From NCBI GenBank assembly GCA_029262775.1, contig JAJCYR010000091.1, positions 26,080 through 90,079 of the forward strand: a DNA stretch of 64,000 nucleotides. Reading direction: 5' to 3'. The position numbers and the translations under genes were made by a program. Position 1 is the stretch's first letter; each line of letters starts with the position of its first letter. The stretch comes from Bacteroidota bacterium. GTDB lineage: Bacteria; Bacteroidota; Rhodothermia; Rhodothermales; UBA10348. The notes under the pieces are model-generated. The model was not told the origin of the DNA. It was given only the letters and a program-made list of their open reading frames with translations, and did no database searches. Positions 57,951 to 64,000 of this stretch are shown piece by piece.

Positions 57951-59086
57951 GCCTGCGTCTGGAATCGGGTGGGAGAAAACGGGTGCATGATGGTTGGCAT
58001 GTCGCGGCCCAGAAGCGCGTCGGCGGCAGCATCGGCCGTCGCAGATGACAGGATGACACCGTGACGGTAATGGCCGGTAGCCACGAAAAGTCCAGGTACG
58101 GCACTCCAGCCGACGATGGGCTGGTGGTCCCGACTGCCCGGCCTGAGCCCCACATTGGTCTCCATGACGGGCAGGTCGTGAACTCCTGGCACAAGCTCCC
58201 GAGCTCCGTCCAGGATGGACCACATGCCCCCTGCCGTAAGCTCCGTATTGAAACCCATTTCCTCACTCGTGGCACCGATCACCAGCCGGCCGTCGGAGCG
58301 GGGCACCAGATAGGCCCGGGCTCCCCGGACCACGTGCTCCAGTTTGAAGGGAGCCTCCATCCGAAGGGTCAGGATCTGCCCTTTGACCGGGCGCACGGGC
58401 GGACGCACCTCATCTGGCAGTCCTGGGACGCCGTGGGACCACGCCCCGGCAGCGAGGACAATCTGCGGTGCCGTCCACTCGGTGTTTCCAGGGGCGGTTC
58501 GGACGTGGTGGTTGCTGCCCGATGCATCCATCGTGATTTCCGTGACGGCGGTCTGTTCTTCGACGCGACCGCCGAGTTTACGTATGGCGGCGACAAGGGC
58601 ATGGATGACGGCGCGATTGTCCACCGAATGGTCATCGGCCGCATAGACGGCCGCGGCAATCCGGGGCGAGAGGAACGGCTCGCGTTCCAGCGCCTCGGCG
58701 CGGGTCAGCCACTGCACTTCAAATCCGTGCTCCTGCTGGAATTCAAACGCACGGCGCAGCGCACGGGCCGCATCCGGATCGCGGGCAACGACCATGGTAC
58801 CCTCCGATCGGAAATCGACGGGTATTCCGCTGTCCTCCTCGAGCTCAGATGCAAACGATGCCCACCGAATAACCGAGTGCGTGCATAGCGCATACAGATC
58901 GAATTCCTCGTAGCCCACCTCGGCGGTGGCCGCCAACATACCAGCGGCCATACGGGAGGCATGCGCACCCGCCGTATCGCGTTCCAGTACGGTGACCCGG
59001 TGACCGGTCCGGGCCAGTCGCCATGCTATGGAAAGGCCAATAATGCCCCCCCCTACAATAAGTGTATCTGCATTTCTTGCGCTCAT
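57947..59086 (-). CDS. thiO: Glycine oxidase
   Basis: GGGIIG, AAGML, RPVKGQ, GLRPG, GHYRHG. Confidence 0.93.
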   Translation of the reverse strand: MSARNADTLIVGGGIIGLSIAWRLARTGHRVTVLERDTAGAHASRMAAGMLAATAEVGYEEFDLYALCTHSVIRWASFASELEEDSGIPVDFRSEGTMVVARDPDAARALRRAFEFQQEHGFEVQWLTRAEALEREPFLSPRIAAAVYAADDHSVDNRAVIHALVAAIRKLGGRVEEQTAVTEITMDASGSNHHVRTAPGNTEWTAPQIVLAAGAWSHGVPGLPDEVRPPVRPVKGQILTLRMEAPFKLEHVVRGARAYLVPRSDGRLVIGATSEEMGFNTELTAGGMWSILDGARELVPGVHDLPVMETNVGLRPGSRDHQPIVGWSAVPGLFVATGHYRHGVILSSATADAAADALLGRDMPTIMHPFSPTRFQTQA

Positions 59087-59174
59087 ATCGGGATGGCTAC
59101 TGTGCGGCAGTGGTCGGTGTTGCGTAACGTACGCATGGTAATCACTCTATTCCGCACCACGAAGACGGTCAACT

Positions 59175-60302
59175 GTGAAGAGTGTGTATGATACGCTGAT
59201 AGTGGGCGCAGGTTTGGCTGGCGCCTGTGCAGCGGCAGCGCTGTCGCGGCACGAATGCGTGCTCCTCGCAGATGCCATTGGCCCCGCCGCTGGAGCCAGT
59301 GGCGTGGGTGCAGGACTGGTCAATCCGCTCATGGCGCGCCGGGCGAATGTGCCGTGGAGGGCCCGGGAAGCCCTTTCGTCGCTACACACCCTCCTCAATG
59401 TCACGGAGTACTCAGCGGGAGCGGGAGCCGGCGCAGGAAGTGCTCCCGGCGTGCTCCGTCCAGCCCAGGACGAGGCGCAGGCGACTGACTTTGAGCGGGC
59501 AGCGCGGGACCATCCGGATCTCGGCACCTGGATTCCGGAGCCCACGGACTGGCCGCACGTTCATGCCCCGTTTGGACTGCTTCGCGTCGACGCTGGCCAA
59601 TCCGTCTCCATTCCCCGACTGGTCCGGGCCGCTGTGGACCTGGCGGTGAAGCGCGGAGCAGATACGCTGTTTCCTGCCGCACTCATGTCCTGGCGCCCCG
59701 CGGATCAGCCCGGCGCCTTGCCCCGTCCACCCATCGATGTTAAACTCAACGGCCTGGACACCCCGGTCCGCACACGGCGCCTGCTGCTCTGTCTGGGCAA
59801 TAACCTCATGCGCCCGTGGTCGAGCAGCTTCCTGCACGCGAGCCTGCCCCGGCTGCACCTGCATGCCGTCAAAGGACAATCAGTCCGCGTGGCACGGCCC
59901 CTGGGCCTGCCTCCTCTGCCCGCGCTGTCGGGCCATGGGTACATCGTGGACGAGGGCGACACGCTGTTCGTGGGCAGCACCTACGAACATACCTTTGTGG
60001 ACATGTCCCCCGACCCGGACATCGGGGACGCCCTCCTGTCCCGGGCTGCCCGCATGGTTCCCGCCCTCCAAAATGCCCAGATTGTGGAACGGATGGCGGG
60101 CTGCCGCGCCACAGTGCCCGGCACCCGGCTTCCCATGATCGGCCCCGTCCCCGATCAGCCCGACGTGTGGGTTTTTACGGGCCTCGGCTCGAAGGGACTT
60201 CTGCTCGCCCCGCTCCTGTCCGGCGAACTTCACCATTATTTCCGCTCTCCCGCAGCCATTCCGGACGAACTTCAACTTGCCCGATGGCCTCAAAACCGGT
60301 AA
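59175..60302 (+). CDS. FAD-dependent oxidoreductase (DAO family, MnmC2-like)
   Basis: GAGLAG, GASGVGAG, VKGQ, GSTYE, RLPMIG, GLGSKG. Confidence 0.82.
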   Translation: MKSVYDTLIVGAGLAGACAAAALSRHECVLLADAIGPAAGASGVGAGLVNPLMARRANVPWRAREALSSLHTLLNVTEYSAGAGAGAGSAPGVLRPAQDEAQATDFERAARDHPDLGTWIPEPTDWPHVHAPFGLLRVDAGQSVSIPRLVRAAVDLAVKRGADTLFPAALMSWRPADQPGALPRPPIDVKLNGLDTPVRTRRLLLCLGNNLMRPWSSSFLHASLPRLHLHAVKGQSVRVARPLGLPPLPALSGHGYIVDEGDTLFVGSTYEHTFVDMSPDPDIGDALLSRAARMVPALQNAQIVERMAGCRATVPGTRLPMIGPVPDQPDVWVFTGLGSKGLLLAPLLSGELHHYFRSPAAIPDELQLARWPQNR

Positions 60303-60335
60303 CATGGGGTAACCAACACACTTTCGGATCCATCC

Positions 60336-61415
60336 ATGCCAGATCTATCCATTACCCGCATTGCCGACATCCTTGGCGACGAAGCCACCCTCCTGCTCGA
60401 CCACCGGAGCACGACCATTGACAAGAGTCTCCTGCACCTTCCAGGGCCGGATTTCGTGGAGCGGGTCTGGATGGACTCCGACCGCAGCCCCCAGGTCCTG
60501 CGATCCATGCAACAGCTCTTCGGAAACGGCCGGCTCGGGGGCACGGGATTCATCTCCATTCTTCCGGTCGATCAGGGTATTGAGCACGCTGCCGGCGCCT
60601 CGTTTGCCAAGAACCCCATCTATTTCGACCCTGAAAACATTGTCAAGCTGGCCATTGAGGGTGGATGCAACGGTGTCGCTTCCACATACGGCGTGCTCGG
60701 TGCGGTCGCCCGTCGGTATGCCCACCGAATTCCGTTCATTATGAAATTCAATCACAATGAACTCCTGACGCACCCCAATACCTACGATCAGATCCTGTTC
60801 TCGCGCATCGAGGAGGCCTGGAATATGGGATGCGTGGGCGTCGGTGCAACGATTTACTTCGGCTCGGAAGAGTCGAATCGCCAGCTTGAGGAGGTCTCCG
60901 AGATGTTCGCCATTGCGCACGAATTCGGACTCATGACCATTCTGTGGTGCTACATGCGCAACTCCGGCTTCAAGGTGGACGGTGTCAACCACGAGTCCAG
61001 TGCCGACCTCACAGGACAGGCCAATCATCTCGGGGCGACCATACAGGCCGACATTCTCAAGCAGAAGCAGCCCACACAGAACGGGGGGTACAGGGCCCTG
61101 AACTCGGGCAACTCCAGCTATGGAAAACTCGACGAACGCATCTACACGGAGCTTTCTTCAGACCATCCGATAGACCTCACGCGCTACCAGGTGGCCAACG
61201 GATACATGGGGCGCGCCGGGCTCATCAACTCGGGTGGCGCATCGGGAGACAATGACCTGCAACAGGCCGTGAAAACGGCCGTAATCAACAAACGTGCTGG
61301 TGGCATGGGCCTGATTTCGGGTCGGAAGGCATTCCAGCGACCCATGAACGATGGCGTCGACATCCTCAACGCCATCCAGGACATTTACCTCAACAAAGAC
61401 GTAACCATTGCCTGA
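60336..61415 (+). CDS. fbaB: Class I fructose-bisphosphate aldolase
   Basis: [48 protein letters not shown]. Confidence 0.96.
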   Translation: MPDLSITRIADILGDEATLLLDHRSTTIDKSLLHLPGPDFVERVWMDSDRSPQVLRSMQQLFGNGRLGGTGFISILPVDQGIEHAAGASFAKNPIYFDPENIVKLAIEGGCNGVASTYGVLGAVARRYAHRIPFIMKFNHNELLTHPNTYDQILFSRIEEAWNMGCVGVGATIYFGSEESNRQLEEVSEMFAIAHEFGLMTILWCYMRNSGFKVDGVNHESSADLTGQANHLGATIQADILKQKQPTQNGGYRALNSGNSSYGKLDERIYTELSSDHPIDLTRYQVANGYMGRAGLINSGGASGDNDLQQAVKTAVINKRAGGMGLISGRKAFQRPMNDGVDILNAIQDIYLNKDVTIA

Positions 61416-63171
61416 CGCCCACGAGCCCTCCCTGCTGGAGAAGTACACGGCCCATTATCCCGACTGGGCACGTGATTTTGCCCGCAAGTACTTCACCAAG
61501 ACCCTCACCCAGTTCATTCTGTTTGGCGCGGTAAGGGATCTCGTGCCCACGCTGGACGAAACCGGCGAAGAGACGTACGTGTCGCTCACCGACTTCCTGG
61601 TGGGTGACCTGTTTGCCTCGCGCGACGTGGTGCTGTTCTACGACCGCTCCAGCGGCATTCATTTCGCCGACAAGGCCTCCCGCAAGGATTTCAACCAGGC
61701 ACTCAGCGGGTATGACACCATATTCGGCACCGAGTATGCCCAGAAGCTCCCGAAGGACCCGGTCCGCGTCTTTTCCATCCTGGAGAACTATTTCCGGATC
61801 CGGCTCGCCGATGGCAGGCGCATTGCGTGCGTAATTGATTATGCGGAAACGGTGGTTCCCATGTCGGAAGCGGGTTCCTACTCGTCCGAAGACCGGAATG
61901 CACTCGTTTTCCTTCAAAAATGGTCCCATGACCCGCTTTTCATGGCCAGTGACTTCACCGTCACACTCGTCGCACAGAATCTGTCGGAGCTGAACCAACA
62001 GATGGTTCAGAGCCCGTACACAGCCGAAATACAGATTCCTATTCCCGCCGAAGCGCCGCGGCGTGCTTTTGCGTCGTGGTACCTTCGGGGCCGTGAGGAG
62101 ACCTTCGCGTCCCGGTCTGAGGTGGACGTTGACGCGCTCGCCGCGCAGACCGCCGGCCTCGGGTTCATACAGCTTCGGACCATTCTGGCCGATGTGCTCG
62201 AGAATGGTACATCGCTCACGTTCGACACGCTGTCCGACCTCAAAAAGGAATTCATCGAGGCCGAAGCCTACGGCATGCTGGAATTCGTCGAGACAGATAT
62301 GACGCTGGGTCATGTGGCGGGTCACTCGGAGGCGAAATCACACCTGAGGAAGGCAGCCAAGGCCCTGCAGGCCGGACACCGCGATGTGTTGCCCATGGGC
62401 TATCTGGTGAGTGGGCCGGTGGGTACGGGTAAGACATTCACCATTCTGTGCTTCGCCGGCGAGCTCGGCATTCCGATGGTGAAATTGAAAAATTTCCGGA
62501 GTCAGTGGCAGGGCCAGACCGAAGCCAACCTGGAGAAAATCCTGGCGCTGCTGGAGGCCATGACGCCCGTAGCCGTCATGATAGACGAGGCCGATGCTGC
62601 GCTCGGCGACCGGGATGCCGGCGGCGACTCAGGAGTCTCGAAACGGGTATTCGGCCAGATTGCTCAGTTCATGAGTAACACCGAGCACCGCGGGAAGATC
62701 ATTTTCTTTCTACTCACCGCTCGCCCCGACTATATGCCCGTCGACCTCAAACGGCAGGGCCGGGCCGAGGAGCACATTGCCCTCTTCTACCCATCAACAC
62801 GGGAAGAACGCGAAGAATTGCTCACCGTCATGATGAAGCGAACCGGGGTCGCCCTGAAGATGACCGATGTGCCCGATGCCCTGCTCAATGGCGAGCGGAC
62901 CTATTCGGGGGCCGATATGGAAGCGCTTCTGATCCGTGCCCGTTTCCGGGCAGCGGCCGATGGGCGTACGAAGGGCCATGTGACGCCCCGGATCCTGAAG
63001 GAGGTGGTCGACGACTTCATGCCCCCGACCTATCCACTTGAAGTGGAGTTGCAGACGCTCGTAGCCGTCATGGAATGCACCTCCCGGGCCCTGCTTCCGG
63101 AGCGCTATCGGAACATGGACCGGGAAACCGTGGTCCGGCGCATTGAGGAGCTGCGCCACCTCGTAAAGTAG
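61408..63171 (+). CDS. AAA+ family ATPase (degenerate N-terminal AAA-like region plus C-terminal AAA domain)
   Basis: [22 protein letters not shown]; TTG start overlaps the fbaB stop. Confidence 0.88.
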   Translation: MPDAHEPSLLEKYTAHYPDWARDFARKYFTKTLTQFILFGAVRDLVPTLDETGEETYVSLTDFLVGDLFASRDVVLFYDRSSGIHFADKASRKDFNQALSGYDTIFGTEYAQKLPKDPVRVFSILENYFRIRLADGRRIACVIDYAETVVPMSEAGSYSSEDRNALVFLQKWSHDPLFMASDFTVTLVAQNLSELNQQMVQSPYTAEIQIPIPAEAPRRAFASWYLRGREETFASRSEVDVDALAAQTAGLGFIQLRTILADVLENGTSLTFDTLSDLKKEFIEAEAYGMLEFVETDMTLGHVAGHSEAKSHLRKAAKALQAGHRDVLPMGYLVSGPVGTGKTFTILCFAGELGIPMVKLKNFRSQWQGQTEANLEKILALLEAMTPVAVMIDEADAALGDRDAGGDSGVSKRVFGQIAQFMSNTEHRGKIIFFLLTARPDYMPVDLKRQGRAEEHIALFYPSTREEREELLTVMMKRTGVALKMTDVPDALLNGERTYSGADMEALLIRARFRAAADGRTKGHVTPRILKEVVDDFMPPTYPLEVELQTLVAVMECTSRALLPERYRNMDRETVVRRIEELRHLVK

Positions 63172-63256
63172 AGGATGGATTTTTGCCGGAACTATCCAGA
63201 CCGTCTGTGTACATTACCGGAAATACATGTTCCATGTTCAATGTGACCCCACCCAC

Positions 63257-63535
63257 ATGCAACTCTGCCGCGTAACCGGGACCATCGTATCGACCCGGAA
63301 AGAAGAACCTTTGAGAAGCGGCAAGCTCCTCATTGTCCATCCAGTCGACACGCTCGGTGATCTGGACGGTGAACTCGACATGCTCGCCATGGACCCGGGT
63401 TATGGTGCGGGTGTAGACGACATTGTGGTTGTGGCCCGGGAAGGTGCCGCCGTCCAACAGCTCATGAAGGCCTCCGATGTGCCGGCCAACGTCATTATAC
63501 TGGGCGTAGTGGACGAATGGTCTGCAGAAGCCTGA
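63257..63535 (+). CDS. EutN/CcmL family microcompartment pentamer (BMC-P) protein
   Basis: VTGTIVSTRK...KLLIV...D..YGAG...ILGVVD; 92 aa. Confidence 0.9.
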   Translation: MQLCRVTGTIVSTRKEEPLRSGKLLIVHPVDTLGDLDGELDMLAMDPGYGAGVDDIVVVAREGAAVQQLMKASDVPANVIILGVVDEWSAEA

Positions 63536-63552
63536 AACAGAATATTTACAAC

Positions 63553-64000
63553 ATGATACAACAAAAATATTTTCTGGCACCCGGCCTCTTATCGGTGATC
63601 CTTGCGGGACTCCTTGTGGCAACCGTCCCGCCTGCTGCCCAGGCACAATCGGGCAGCGACATCCCGTCTGTCACGGGCGCCTGGGCCATCCAGAATGCCC
63701 GAATCATTCAGGAACCCGGCCAGGTTATTGAACGCGGTACGGTCGTTGTCCGCGATGGCGTCATTGAATCGGTTGGACGGAATGTCTCCATTCCCTGGGA
63801 TGCCGCCATCATCGAGGGCGATTCCCTGACGGTGGTCGCCGGCTTCATCGATGCCCTCTCGAACGCGGGCATCCCCGAGCCCAAGCGGCCGGATAATCTT
63901 CCGCCCGTTCCAGACCGGTCAAATCCAACACCGGAACGCGCAGGTATTCAGCCCCAGGTTGACGTGCGTGACCACCTTGACCCGTCCGACAAATCGGTCG
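63553..64000 (+). CDS. Secreted amidohydrolase-family protein (3'-truncated by window edge)
   Basis: Signal peptide MIQQKYFLAPG...AQA; AIQNARII...GTVVVRDGVIESVG...AGFIDA; absent from the ORF track because it has no stop in the window. Confidence 0.75.
   Translation, partial: MIQQKYFLAPGLLSVILAGLLVATVPPAAQAQSGSDIPSVTGAWAIQNARIIQEPGQVIERGTVVVRDGVIESVGRNVSIPWDAAIIEGDSLTVVAGFIDALSNAGIPEPKRPDNLPPVPDRSNPTPERAGIQPQVDVRDHLDPSDKSV

Noticed and set aside
59087-59174. TPP riboswitch upstream of thiO
   Set aside because: Spacer is short and lacks the conserved motifs on the relevant strand
63257-63535. Carboxysome or ethanolamine utilisation operon
   Set aside because: No RuBisCO, eut/pdu enzymes or hexamer shell genes in the window

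Overview
GC-rich bacterial chromosomal window, most consistent with Rhodothermota/Bacteroidota (inference from a T9SS type-A sorting-domain protein, a DUF5916 outer-membrane protein and an eNOR-type oxidase). It holds about 60 genes, most of them ordinary: an ArsR-regulated RND efflux operon, tRNA-Arg(ACG), a VapBC-type TA pair, prfC, SulP, a thiOSG-thiE-thiD operon, a YhaO/YhaN nuclease-ATPase pair and fbaB. The standout is a nitric-oxide locus at about 29.7-36.6 kb. A NirK-cytochrome c fusion sits divergent from an operon encoding an unannotated 52-aa subunit, a CuA subunit II and a B-family-like heme-copper subunit I whose cross-link Tyr is replaced by Gln (eNOR-type NO reductase). Three His-bearing heme-copper-oxidase-homology membrane proteins of unknown function and one more unknown membrane protein surround it, and its divergent promoter shares a 23-bp motif with the distant ric gene. 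Other notable items: an AAA+ ATPase plus a lone BMC pentamer gene directly after fbaB; a palindrome-centred divergon pairing a secreted CbiX-like chelatase with a cytochrome c-FTR1 iron permease; an HTTM/GT4/flippase-like module with overlapping head-to-head start codons; a 172-bp att-flanked mini-element at tRNA-Arg; and several pseudogenes (IS3 family, WYL regulator, P-type ATPase, possibly DUF2892). No CRISPR array, rRNA or intact mobile element was seen. All family calls come from motif recognition by eye; no database search was run.
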